64,000 nucleotides of DNA. Source: Eledone cirrhosa. Its lineage: Eukaryota. Below the pieces are notes generated by a model. It had not been told where the DNA came from, did not search any database, and saw only the letters and a program-made list of their open reading frames with translations. The stretch's first letter is position 1. The number at the start of each line of letters is the position of its first letter. The DNA is taken from NCBI GenBank assembly GCA_964016885.1, contig OZ024741.1, positions 236,282,001 to 236,346,000 on the forward strand, in the 5' to 3' direction. Positions 50,805 through 63,800 of this stretch are shown piece by piece. A program made the position numbers and the translations under genes.

Positions 50805-51030
50805 TGCTTGACCGCTACTTTATTTTATCAATCCCAGTACTTGACAAGTACTTTCTTTTATAAACTGCAGTACTAGACAGGTACTTTATTTTTAAACTGC
50901 AGTACTTGACAAGCACTTTATTTTATCAAATGCAGTACTTGATTGGTACTTTATTTTATCAACCCCAGTATTTGACTAGTACTTTGTTTTATTGACCTCA
51001 CTACTTGAAAGGTACTTTATGTTATAAACC
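50805..51030 (-). repeat. ~31-bp minisatellite derived from a SINE-A segment
   Basis: About 7 units of cagtacttgac..gtactttattttatcaa, the reverse complement of the SINE-A sequence ttgataaaataaagtaccagtcaagtactg. Confidence 0.75.
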
Positions 51031-51529
51031 CTAATAAAATGCATCCAGTACACTCTGTAAAGTGTTTAGGATTAGGAAGGGCATCAAGTTGTAGAAACCA
51101 TGTGAAAGATTAAGTGTACAACTAAGATCTGGTTTCCTTTCATGCCTTGTCTCATACCAGGCCAACCTGTCCAATCCACGTTGGCATGAAAAACATACAT
51201 AAAATGATGATAATGATAATGATGCATACATAATATTTATATGATAATGATACATAAGGTATACATGTGTATAAGTTACAACCTCTATTTTACATACATT
51301 TGAAATCATCATTTTACATCTAATTTCCATGGTGGCAGGAAATTCGGAGGAAGCTGTAGTAGAGAATGACCAAGAAAGACCTGGGCAGAAGTGATGAGAG
51401 CAGAACTCAAACCACGGAACCTGACAGAGGAGATGATGAAAGAATGCAGCAGGTGGAAGGAACCTGTGTAACAAAAGACCCATCCGAACCATGCAAGCAT
51501 GGAAAAATAGATGTAAAAGGATAATGATA

Positions 51530-52045
51530 TATAGGGTTAGAACGGGATGGAAGAAGTTCAGGGAACTACTGCCACTGCTAGCTGCAAAAGGCTTCTCCCT
51601 CAAAATGAAAGGCAGACTGTATGATGCGTGTATCCGAACAACAATGTTACATGGTAGTGAGACCTGGGCGCTGAAGGTGGAAGACTTACGTAGATTAGAA
51701 AGAAACGAAGCCTGCATGCTCCGATGGATGTGTAATAGTAATATACGCGAACGACAAAGCATAAATGAATTGAGAGAGAGACTGAGCATAAGAAGAATCA
51801 AATGGTGTGTGCAGGAGAGGCGGTTGCGTTGGTATGGACATGTGATGCGTATGAAGGATGACAGCTGCATAAAAAGGTGCAGAGCACTAGAAGTCGATGA
51901 AAACCGCGGAGTGGGGAGACCCAAGATGACCTGGGATGAGGTGATAAAAGCCGACCTTACCCAATTACACCTCTCAAAGGCGATGACACACGACCATGAC
52001 CTCTGGCGTCACGCAGTAATACAGAGTACCCGACCTCCCATGAAG
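51530..52045 (+). mobile_element. 5'-truncated RTE LINE 3' fragment
   Basis: RVRTGWKKFRELLPLL...LHGSETW...RRLRWYGHVMRM...GRPKMTW. Confidence 0.88.
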
Positions 52046-52416
52046 CATAGAGACAATATGCCCCCACACCCTCCCACTACAAGGTGGTCGTGGAGGTGCC
52101 ACGGCAATAAAGCACCCAGCCCACACTGTAAAGTGGATGTTTAGGCGCCACGAAAAAGCACCCAGCACTCACTGTAAATGAGGTTGGTGTAAGGAAGGGC
52201 ATCCAGCTGTAGAAATCAAGCCAAATCAGTTCCTGTATGAGCAAGGCATGGTCAGCCGACCAGACACTGCCCGCAACAGGACAACCCGTCTAACCCATGC
52301 TAGCATGGAAGAACGGATGTAAAACAGTAATGATGATATATATATACATATATACCCTTGCAAGCAGGGAAAAGCAGATGTAAAATGAAATAATGATGAT
52401 GATGATGATGATGATG

Positions 52417-52417
<1 letters not shown>

Positions 52418-52448
<31 letters not shown>

Positions 52449-54763
52449 TTTACGTCCACTTTTCCCTGCTTGCAAGGGTGGGACGGGTCTTATTCAGCAC
52501 AGCATCTCTCCACTCGTCACGGTCTCTCGTCATCTCCACCGTGAGCTTCAATGATCTGAGGTCTGTTCTCACCACCTCCGCCCATGTTTTTCGTGGTCTA
52601 CCTCTACCACGTCTTCCTTCAACTGGCAATTCCTGGCACTTCTTCACCCATCGGTCATCCTCCATGCGCATCACATGTCCATACCACCTCAGTCTCCTCT
52701 CCCGTACACTACATTCTATCCCTCTCAGACACAGTTTCTCTCTCAGCTCATTTATGCTGGGTCGTTCACGCACATTGACATTGCACATCCAACGGAGCAT
52801 GCTTGCCTCATTTCCCTCCAGCTGTCGCATATCCTCTGCAGTTGCTGCCCATGTCTCACTACCATGCAGCATCGCGCTCCTCACACAGGCATCATACAAC
52901 CGGCCTTTCGTACGCAGGGAGAAACCTTTCTTCGTCAGCAGAGGAAGCAGCTTCCTAAACTTCTTCCAACCCATCCTTATTCTAGATACTATGGCCTCGG
53001 AACACCCTCCTCCCATGCTAATCTGATCTCCTAGGTACCGGAAGCTATCCACCACTTCTAAAGCACCCTCCTGCATCTGAAAAATGTGTCTATCAATGCG
53101 ACTTCTACTGTCTAATTTCCCTGTACATCTACTGCATACATATTTCTCCCTACCTGCTAGTTTGCCTGCTATCCCGCTACATCTCTTGTGTACCCAGGAT
53201 CTGCATTGTGTGCATTTTATAGAATTTATGCCAGTTCCTTTTCTGCATATCGAACATGGCCATTTCCCTGACGGAATCAGGGTTTTGTCCTCTTTTCTAC
53301 TCATCAACACTTTTGTCTTAGCTAGGTTCACTCTCAGTCCTCTTGCTTCCAACTGCTGTTTCCATAGCCAGAATTTATTCTCTAGCTCCTCTACTGATTC
53401 TGCTATAAGAGCCAGATCGTCAGCATAGAGAAGTTCCCATGGACAGCCAGTCTTAAACTCCTCTGTTATGGCTTGGAGGACTATAATGAACAAGAGCGGG
53501 CTGAGGACCGAACCTTGATGTACTCCTACTTGTATCTGGAATTCTTCACTAAACTCCATTCCTACCCTGATTTTACTGAGAGTACCTTTGTACAAAGTTT
53601 GCACTGTCCTCACAAGCCTTTCCTCAACACCTAGCTTCCTTAGGGACCACCAGATGACAGATCAGCTTACCCTATCAAAGGCCTTCTCTAGGTCAACAAA
53701 GGCTAAGTATAGTGGCTTATTTTTCTCTAAGAACCTCTCTTGCAATTGTTTCACCAAGAAGAGGGCATCTGTTGTACTCTTCCCAGGCATAAAACTAAAC
53801 TGCATCTCATCTAGTTTGACCCTTTCTCTAATTAGTTGTGCTAATATCCTTTCTGCCACTTTCATAACCTGATCCATCAGTTTTATACCCCTATAATTGC
53901 TCCTCTCCAGAGCACCCCCTTTACCTTTGTAGCAATTTATGAGAATACTGCTGCACCAGTCTTTGGGTATGACACCACCATATATAGCCTGATTGATGAT
54001 GCGTGCAACCAGTTTAGTGCCTTCAGCATCTCAGCAACTATTCCCGATGGTCCAGCAGCCTTACCATTTTTCATTTCCCTAATCGCCTCTTTGACCCTAT
54101 ATTCGTCAATCTCAATAGCTGGTCCCTCTGTCGGATCTACTAAGGGTAATTTCCCTCTCTCCCATTCGTTCTCCACATTCATCAGTCTCTCATAATGACA
54201 TTTCCAGGCCTCCTTTTTCTGATCATTCGTGACACTAAGTACACCGGCATCATCCCGGACACATTTATCTCCAACAACATCCTGATTTGCATTGACACAC
54301 TGCCTTGCAATGTGGAACACCGCACGCCTCTGATCTTCCCATCGCAGAACATTGGCAAACCTCCTACTCTCTGCCTCCCTGCGTGCTAAGTACACCTGAC
54401 GTCTAGCTTCTCTCTTAGTGGCTGTATATTCTTCCCTACTCCCACCCTTTTTCCAAGCCTTCCATGCTAGTCTTTTGTCTCTAATAGCCTTATCTACTGT
54501 GCTGTTCCACCACCAGGTCACTCTCTGTCTGGTTGGAGCTCTGCTCCAGCCACAAGTTTCATCAGTAGCCTGCAGCAAGTTGTCACGTAAGAAATTCCAG
54601 TTATTATCTATGTCATACGTCTCTAAATCGACTTCTTTTTCGTCATATACATCTTGAAGGGCTTTCCTAAATTTGTATTTTAGTGAAAGGTCTTTTAGCT
54701 TCCAGACCTTTCTTCTCCACACCTTCCTGTATGTCTCATTCCATCTCTTGCTTATTGAGATAT
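52418..54763 (-). mobile_element. 5'-truncated RTE LINE (RT with PHD-like Cys cluster), frameshifted
   Basis: AFVDLEKAFDRV, GVHQGSVLSPLLF, YADD, CSIC..C..C..H..C, FRYLG; (ATG)n tail on the minus strand. Confidence 0.95.
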
Positions 54764-54771
54764 ATATATAT

Positions 54772-57277
54772 AAAGAGAAAGACTGCTTTTACGAGCAACT
54801 TTTACAAACAACCGCAATGACAGAGGACGGAGACATCGTTATGCTAGCAGGAGACTTCAATGGTCATGTTGGACAGCTCCAGGATGGTTTCACATGGTGG
54901 GCACAGTTACGGCTCAAGAAATGAAGAAGGAGTGAGACTTCTTGAATTTTGTGATGCAAGTACACTGACTATTTGCAACACTAACTTCCAGAAACCTGCC
55001 AACCACCTAATAACCTACAAATCTGGTGAGCACATAAACCAGATTGACTTCTTACTAGTTAGGCAGCGGGACAGGCAGATAGTGTCTAATACCAAGGCAT
55101 ACCCTGGGGAAGAATGTACCCCACAGCATAGGTTAGTCGTTAGTGATATCTCAGTAAGCAAGAGATGGAATAAGACATACAGGAAGGTGTGGAGAAGAAA
55201 AGTCTGGAAGCTAAAAGACCCTTCACTAAAATACAAATTTAGGAAAGCCCTTCAAGATGTATATGATGAAAAAGAAGACGATTTAGAGACGTATGATTTA
55301 GATAATAACTGAATTTCTTACATGACAACTTACTGCAGGCTACTGATGAAACTTGCGGCTGGAACAGAGCTCCAACCAGTCAGAGAGTGATCTGGTGGTG
55401 GAACAGCACAGTAGATAAGGCCATTAGAGACAAAAGACTAGCATGGATGGCTTGAAAAAAGGGTGGGAGTAGGGAAGGATATACAGCCACTAAGAGAGAA
55501 GCTAGACGTCAGGTGTACTTAGCACGCAGGGAGGCTGAGAGTAGGAGGTTAACCAATGTTCTGCGACGGGAAGATCAGATGCGTGTGGTGTTCCACATTG
55601 CAAGGCAGTGTGTCAATGCAAATCAGGATGTTGCTGGAGATAAATGTGTCCAGAATGATGCCGGTCTACTTAGTGTCACGAATGATCACTAAACTGGTTT
55701 CATGTATCATCAATCAGGCTATATATGGTGGTGTCATACCCAAAGACTGGTGCAGCAGTATTCTCAAATTGCTACAAAGGTAAAGGGGATGCTCTGGAGA
55801 GGAGCAATTATAGGGGTATAAAACTGATGGATCAGGTTATGAAAGTGGCAGAAAGGATATTAGCACAACTAATTAGAGAAAGGGTCAAACTAGATGAGAT
55901 GCAGTTTGTTTGTGCCTGGGAAGAGTACAACAGATGCCCTCTTCTTGGTGAGACAATTACAAGAGAGGTTCTTAGAGAAGAATAAGCCACTATACTTAGC
56001 CTTTGTTGACCTAGAGAAGGCCTTTGATAGGGTACCCCGATCTGTCATATGGTGGTCCCTAAGGAAACTAGGTGTTGAGGAATGGTTTGTGAGGACAGTG
56101 CAAACTTTGTACAGAGGTACTCTCAGTAAAGTCAGGGTAGGAATGGAGTTTAGTGAGGAATTCCAGATACAAGTAGGAGTACATCAAGGTTCGGTCCTTA
56201 GCCCGCTCTTGTTCATTATAGTCCTCCAAGCCATAACAGAGGTGTTTAAGACTGGCTGTCCAAGGGAACTTCTCTATGCTGACAATCTGGTTCTTATAGC
56301 AGAATCAGTAGAGGGGCTAGAGAATAAATTCTGGCTATGGAAACAGCAGTTGGAAGCAAGAAGACTGAGAGTGAACCTAGCTAAGACAAAAGTGTTGATG
56401 AGTAGAAAAGAGGACAAAACTCTGATTCTGCCAGGGAAATGGCCATGTTCGATATGCAGAAAAGGAACTGGTATAAATTCTATAAAATGCATACAATGCA
56501 GATCCTGGGTATACAAGAGATGTAGCGGGATAGTAAGCAAACTAACAGGTAGGGAGAAATACGTAAGCAGTAGATGTAGAGCAAAATTAGACAGTAGAAG
56601 TCGCATTGATAGACACATTTTTCAGGTGCAGGAGGGCGCAATAAAAGTAGTGGATAGCTTCCGGTACCTAGGAGATCAGATTAGCATGGGAGGGGGTGAG
56701 GGGGTGTTCCGAGGCCATAGTATCTAGAATAAGGACGGGTTGGAAGAAGTTTAGGGAGCTGCTTCCTCTGCTGACGAAGAAGGGTTTCTCCCTGCGTACG
56801 AAAGGCCGGTTATATGATGCCTGTGTGAGGAGCTCGATGCTGCATGGTAATGAGACTTGGGCAGCAACTGCAGAGGATATGCGACGGCTGGAGAGAAATG
56901 AGATAAGCATGCTCCATTGGATGTGCAATGTCAATGTGTGTGAACGCCCCAGCATGGATGTGTTGAGAGAGAAACTGTGTCTGAGAGGGATAGAATGTAG
57001 TGTGTGAGAGAGGCGACTGCGGTGGTATGGACATGTGATGCGCATGGAGGATGACCGATGGGTGAAGAAGTGCCAGGAAATGCCAGTTGAAGGAAGACGT
57101 GGTAGAGGTAGACCACGGAAAACATGGGCGGAGGTGGTGAGAACAGACCTCAGATCGCTGAAGCTCCCGATGGAGATGACGAAGGACCGTGTCAAGTGGA
57201 GAGATGCTGTGCTGAATAAGACCCATCCCACCCTTGCAAGCAGGGAAAAGCGGACATAAAATGATGATGATGATGAT
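54772..57277 (+). mobile_element. 5'-truncated RTE LINE (partial APE endonuclease plus RT), disrupted; inverted relative to 52418-54763
   Basis: AGDFNGHVG, QIDFLL and QHRLV APE motifs; RT motifs as in the neighbouring copy (YADN here); internal deletion near 55688; (ATG)n tail. Confidence 0.95.
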
Positions 57278-57558
57278 ATATATATATATACAGATATAAA
57301 CACGTACATAAGTACATACATACATATATGTGTGTGTATGTGAGTATATGTGTGTGTTAATACATGCATCAAAAGTGAGCTTGATTGTCTAAATTCCTAT
57401 ATAGGGACAATATTAATACCACATGATCCACACAACTACACAGCTAGTGACATACGCTTGCATCCCTATTTCACATTATTTGCACTTATAGCAGCGTCTG
57501 TGTCTATGTGATGGCGTTAGTGTTGGGAGATGCGTCTATCTGTATATATGTATGAATA

Positions 57559-58998
57559 TCTCTATACATATATATAAAATTGAAATTGTCTGTGTGTGTG
57601 TGTGTCCTAAGTTTTGCAAAGTCTATACAAATCCACATTTCTACTCCGATTGATTTCAAACTTGCATTTATATATTCCTTGCGGCCTAAAGATATTAACT
57701 GCAGCTTTTATTCTTCAATTTTCTGTTGTTAAAGGCGTGTTAGGCGCCGGTTATCAATCTCCCTCTCTTTATTAGTCTGTCTTTTTAGATAGATACATAG
57801 CTATAAGGTTGCGCCCTTATAATATCTGTATGTCTGTATGGCTGCATTACGACATTATGACAAATATTGTTCTCATTGATGACATATTTTATTTGCTATT
57901 TTCCGTTCATTGCCAGGGAACCCCTTCATGAACTAAAGTATCATCTTCCTGTTTTCCTTTGGTTGCAACATTTTTCGAAATATTTACTTCTGCGTTCACA
58001 GATTGATTTTTTTAGTTTCAGAAGAAAGCACACATTGTAAGCAATGTCAATATTACGGCTGCTACATAGGACTCCCATTACCACTGAACTTTCACCTTTA
58101 CGTTCTGCATTTCCATCCGCAGGCCAACATGGAATGGTCTTCATAGTAGTCAGTTTATTGAGGGAGAAACAAAAGGCTCTCGAATTTGCCGTCCTCGAAT
58201 TTGCCGTCCAAAAAACCCATTGACAATAACGGAAACTGCTAACATCAACGAGGATTGATACATTGTAGGTCGCTATAACCCGTCTTTTATTAATCAAAAA
58301 CTTCTTGCCAATAAACATTAACCCTTTGTGCGCCATTCATCTAATGGTAGACCAACAAATACCAACTAAACGGAGCATTGACAAGAACGATGGTGAATGA
58401 ATCTTCGAGGTAAGCAGTTTCCTCCCGAGCTGTTAGTTCACGCGGGATTCTCTGCTTCACCTTTTCATAATAATACCGAACAACGTACTGCTGGTCACTC
58501 CTTCCCCCAAAAGCCATACAAAATGGACATGTGCATCGGGCAGATGGATCGGGTGCAAATCTACACCAGGCCCACATGAGAAATTCGCAAGGGACTGAAC
58601 CGAGAGGGATAGAGAGAAAGAGTAACTTAGTGGATAGAGTGCGAATGAACTTTTGAGGTAAGTAGCCTATGCCTTACTGCTATGACACTGGAACCTTCTG
58701 CCAACTGAACCTGTGCCTTTCTCTTTCACATTTACTCCAATAGGCCAAACAGAGTGGAAACGTTGGGGGGACAACTGTCACAGTAGGAGTATGAAAAGAA
58801 GAGGCTCAACAATATTTCTATGAACAATACACATAGACAGCTAAACTCTACTTTCAACTTCTTAATTTTCTCCAAATAAAACAAGTTTCCTGTCGGTATA
58901 TTTTCGTGTGTTTTTAACAGGCACTCACAAATAAACGTTTCTCATTGGAGGTGCTATTACCAATGTTCTTACCCGTGCAACGCCGGGATACACTGCTA

Positions 58999-58999
<1 letters not shown>
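57559..58999 (+). mobile_element. Non-autonomous Helitron-like element (~1.44 kb)
   Basis: 5' A|TCtctatacatatatataaaat...; 3' hairpin cccgtgcaacgccggg followed by CTAG|T (58996-59000). Confidence 0.7.
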
Positions 59000-59081
<82 letters not shown>

Positions 59082-59789
59082 GGTACATGGCTTAGTAGTT
59101 AGAGCATTGAGCTTGCAATCCTGAGGTTGTGAGTTTGATTCTTGGACCAAGTAATGAGTTGTGTCCTTGAGCAAGACACTTTATTTCATGTTGCTTCAAT
59201 TTACTCAGCTATAGAAATGAGTTGCGATGTCACTGGTGTCAAGCAAGCTGCATCTGCCATTGCCTTTCCCTTGGACATCATCGGAGGCGGGGAAAGTGGA
59301 GGCTGGTATGCATGGGCGACTACTGGTCTTCCACAAACAACCTTGCCCAGCCTTTTGCCTTGGAGGGGAACTTTCTAGATGTGAATTCACAGTCATTTGT
59401 GACCCGAAGGGGATCTTTACTCTTTACCCTATATATGTATGTATATATGCATGCCTCACAAATGATTACAGGTAAACTCCCACACCCCTTGTGGTGTGAT
59501 TAGGTGTGTGTCTTCTCCCACTTTGCATTTTGGTGGGGGGTGGGGGGGTTCTTTTCTCTTTTTATTTTTATATAAATTTTGTTTTACACATTACCACCAC
59601 CATCATCACCACCACTACCTCCCCCCCATAACACTACAGAGATAGACATAGAAACACCTCAACCCTAGTCAATCATCACAAGCAACTTTACACAAAATCA
59701 ACGCATACATATATATTTCTGTACCCACAAGCATACATATGTGTGAGTGTGAGTATATGAGTGTGTATATATATATATATACACATACA

Positions 59790-59849
<60 letters not shown>

Positions 59850-61399
59850 GATAAACACACAGAGTGTCCCAAAAATGTATACATTTTTGGGGTTCACCTT
59901 ATATATATATATATTTTATTGAGGTTAGTCAGTCTTCTTACTCTGGAGTTTCACCTGTTTATCACAGGGTCATCAGACAAGAACTAATGTTTCAATAGGG
60001 ACACAGTATAAATAAAGGAAGACTTGGGGGATGGAGTTTTAATTGAGAAGGAGTAATTAATTGTTTCTACTTTTGGCACAAGGCCAGCAATTACCCAGTG
60101 CATTACTGGTACTTTATTTTATCGACCCCGTAAGGATGAAAGGCAAAGTTAACCTCGGTGGGATTTGAACTAAGAATGGCAAGGGCCAATGTAGGGTTGA
60201 CAGGGTGGTGGCTATACAATTACACATGCACATAAATATACATATATACACACAAATGTAGATACACATACATACACTCTAAATACACATATGCAGGTGC
60301 TTACATATATGTAAATAAATATATATGTATACACACAAACATACCTATACTTATAAAAGAGATACAAGGAAATACAGTAAAAATATTTTAAAAGTTATAA
60401 AAAAAATTATAAAAAATGATAGATATATATATACACATACGTATACAAGAAAAAAAAACGTATGCTTATGTAAACTTAAACATATACATATGAATGCCCA
60501 TATGTACATACAAACATATGTACATATATACACATAAAATGCATGCAAACATATGAATAAATACATGCCTACACACCGACATGCATATATACATACATAT
60601 ATGAATATGAATATAGAAATTCCAATGCATGCATACATATATACAATGGTCGGGTGGGTGTGTGGGTACAGTGGTGGTGGTGGTGGGGGGGGGGGGGGTG
60701 ACAGCAGTGGTGTTGGTGTAGGGGGAATTAGTACAGAGTATAAAGTGATGTAGTTTAAATATTAAAGAATTAATGAAAATTATGGGAATATGAAATTGTA
60801 GGAGCTATGATATGGGTGAATGAGTAAGTGGTGGCAGGGTGGTATTGGTGTTAAGTAAATATGTGAAATATATAAGACATATGAATATAACTTATGGAGA
60901 TATAAAGGAATTAATTATAAGGAAGATTATGGAAATATAAATATTATGAAATATGATGATGATGATAATGGTTGTCGTGGGGCACATATAAAATATAAGG
61001 TATGAGGAATAAAGAAAGTAAGGAAAAAATAAAAAATGGAAAAATGAAAAATTGGAGAGATGACAAAAAAATGAGAAAATGGAAGAAAAGAATAAAACAT
61101 TTTAAGTTAAACAAATTTTTTAATTAAAAATTTTTAATTTTAAATTAAAAAAAAAATAATATAGTATGAAGTAAACTAAAATATAAGGATTAGAAGAATA
61201 TAAGGGTGGTGTAGGTCATGGAATTATAGAGTACAATGTATGGCATATGATATATAAGACATAAGAGTGGTGAAAGATATGAAACATAATTTTTGATGCT
61301 GGGTTACCCACAATTAGTGAGGCTAAAGGGGCTGGCAGTGGTTGCCAAGATATAGATTCTAGATGGGGTGAGGTGGGGTGATGGATGTCTTCCGACATT

Positions 61400-62170
61400 T
61401 ACACAATCCAGAACACATTGTTATCTGGTGGGTAATCCGTGGGGTAGTGTGTTATCTGGTGTACTGTCCAGTGAAGCAACACAAGCAGAACTTTTTGTGT
61501 GTAAACAGGACAGTTTATCCCCCCGAGAGTTCAAGATGTTGGTTGATTAGGCTAGGATATTTAGTTTTTCAATGGTACATAAGTAGCATTTCATGCCATG
61601 TCTGTTGTAGGCTTTCTCCTTTGCTAAAATACTCCATCTGATGGTAGAGTTTATCATCCTGCTGTCTTTCAATTGCGAAATGTATTTTGACAGAAATGTT
61701 GAATTCTGCAATTGTCTGTTATAGAATGTATACAGATGTTGAGAAAAACGGGATTTAAATGTATTTTCAGTCAGTCTAGTGTAGATTTTTTTCTCTGTAC
61801 TTCTGCTTTATATATGCACTCCCTATTTATTTTCCAGTGGGCATTGAGTTTGGTCTCTGCAATTACATTCCAGGAATGTCTGAGATGTATTGTTAGTTAG
61901 TGTGGTATGCTTGTTGAAGATCTTATAGTAATGGCGTGTGATGGGAAAATGCTTTCTTATAAGGGAAAGAAATTATCCGGCTATGTTGGTAGATATATTG
62001 AGACTGTAGGTGGGGGGTTTACATCAGATGATCTTCCTAGCTCTGTGTGTTTTGTTGATACGGGTAGGATGAATATATGTAAGCTTCTCATTAAAGCCAC
62101 TTTTTTTAAATGCATGTTTATAGTAGGAATGCACCAGCTTCTGCTCCTGAGCATAAGTTCGGATTTAATT
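61400..62170 (-). pseudogene. Hydra-like PLE 3' half (thumb, linker, GIY-YIG endonuclease), degenerate
   Basis: KKSGFNEKLTY..RARKII..PP.YS..STNI..FLSLIRKHFP; CNCRDQTQCPL; IYKA..YTRLTENTFKSRF..H; LSKYI; KCYLCTIEK; LNSR. Confidence 0.8.
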
Positions 62171-62199
62171 CACAAAAAAATCCCCCTTACAACAAAGAT

Positions 62200-63150
62200 A
62201 TGTTAATCAAGCTAATTAAAAAACTCCCTTTCAAAAATTAAAGGAATCTATTCGTACGGGCCAACGAAACTAGGAACACCTACAAATTAGTTAAACTATT
62301 GTATGATTCACTACAGTCTAGTAATATCACGGATACCTACAAAAAAACGAAAACAACCACACTGTGTACAACGACGAAAATCCTACTTCCTGCTGAAAGA
62401 CCATAAAGAAAATTTTACTGCAAACCCCCAAATGTCGCCAAATCAACCCCATGAAGAGCGAAATAGGTAAAGTCAGCAAACAAATTATCGACAATCAGAA
62501 GATCTACCAATTTCAAGCAACAGAACTGCAGCAGTGCCACCATCAAATGGTTCATCAACATAAACGACAAACATAACTGCAATTTGATATTGTCGATTTC
62601 TACCCACCCATTTCTCGCGAGCTACTCCTCCAGTCCCTGGAATTCTGGAAAAAAATTACACCACCATAACAGACAACGACGTAATAATTATACTAAATGT
62701 GAGGAAGTGAAAGCTGTACCACGATGACTCTTTCTGAGTTAAGAAGCACGGTGCTGAACTCTTCGACGTTGCAATGGGTAGTTTCGATGGAGCGGAGGTG
62801 GCAGACATTGTCTGTTTATACCTGTTACACACCCTGAAGAACAAGCTCCCATGCGTTGAACTTGGACTATATAGAGACAATGAACTTAGCCTGCAGCTGT
62901 AATAAGCACAATGTGGATATGCTGAGAAAAAACCTAATTAGCACGGTGAAACAGCTAGGCCTAAAATCCACTGTTATAACCAACCTAAAAATTGCAGATT
63001 TACTGGATATAACCCTGGATCTAAACATGGGCCCCACCGACCATTTCATAAACCAAACGGAGACTGAAACTACATCAACAAAGGCTACACCCGCCCACCC
63101 AGCATTACATGCCACAAAGCAGTCTTCCAGCATCGCTAAAGTCCAGTAAA
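62200..63150 (+). pseudogene. Hydra-like PLE reverse transcriptase 5' half, degenerate, inverted relative to its 3' half
   Basis: LKDHKENF..NP.KSEIGKVSKQIID; FDIVDFYPPIS; FDVAMGSFDGAEVADIV.LYLL; GLYRD; LLDITLDL; YINK..HP. Confidence 0.8.
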
Positions 63151-63615
63151 AGAGTCTCATTTTACGCTTCCTGTTTCCCTTCCTCCGTGTGTAATATTTA
63201 ACCTTTTCTTTTCTTCCTTTCTATCCTTTTCCTCAAGTTTCCCCCAGTCCCTCTTCTTTTTATATCTACACACATACACCCACATGCATACATACATAAT
63301 GGCTGCATTTCAGTTTTGAGAATTGCTATCACTTGACCTTTTTCTCATACGTGGGTGGTATGAACATGACTTTTTAGCTTTATAAAGGGTTTAGATTCCT
63401 TTCTGCGTATGCTACAGCGAAAGGAAACAAAAAGACCATGTTCACGCAACACGTGTGAAACTCGTTTAAAGTATGTGATGCCTGGACCAATCCCATTCTC
63501 TGAACAAGGGTGACAGGTAACCAAAAAGAAGAACAGCTCAACATCATTGGTTGCCATCGAGTCGCAAATCTTACATCAGAGTTTTACTTCTAGAATGATG
63601 TCCTAACAAATACTA

Positions 63616-63800
63616 CGAGGGTGGGTTGAAAAGTTCATAGACTGACTACGAAGAAGTGATGTTTGAGTTGTGAAATCTTGCATGCATTAATTTTAACTCT
63701 TCTTATTAATAACTGCATTGTTTCTTGTCAGGTAAACTGACATCTGACTGTTTCAAGAAGAATTCAAAAGTAACTAGTAGCGGCCTTACAGAGTAACTAG
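63616..63800 (+). mobile_element. Left end of a mariner-type element
   Basis: TA followed by cgagggtgggttgaaaagttcatag, a mariner-like TIR; no partner TIR seen in the window. Confidence 0.5.

Noticed and set aside
51031-57372. Long antisense ORFs over the RTE copies
   Set aside because: Shadow frames of LINE coding sequence.
57941-58336. Minus-strand ORF with a C..CC motif resembling a Helitron RepHel N-terminus
   Set aside because: It is antisense to the element's TC...CTAG polarity and the similarity is too weak to support.
59860-59895. cagagtgtcccaaaaatgtatacatttttggg: Tc1-like TIR start and 24-bp palindrome
   Set aside because: No partner TIR or internal sequence was identified; too short to call.
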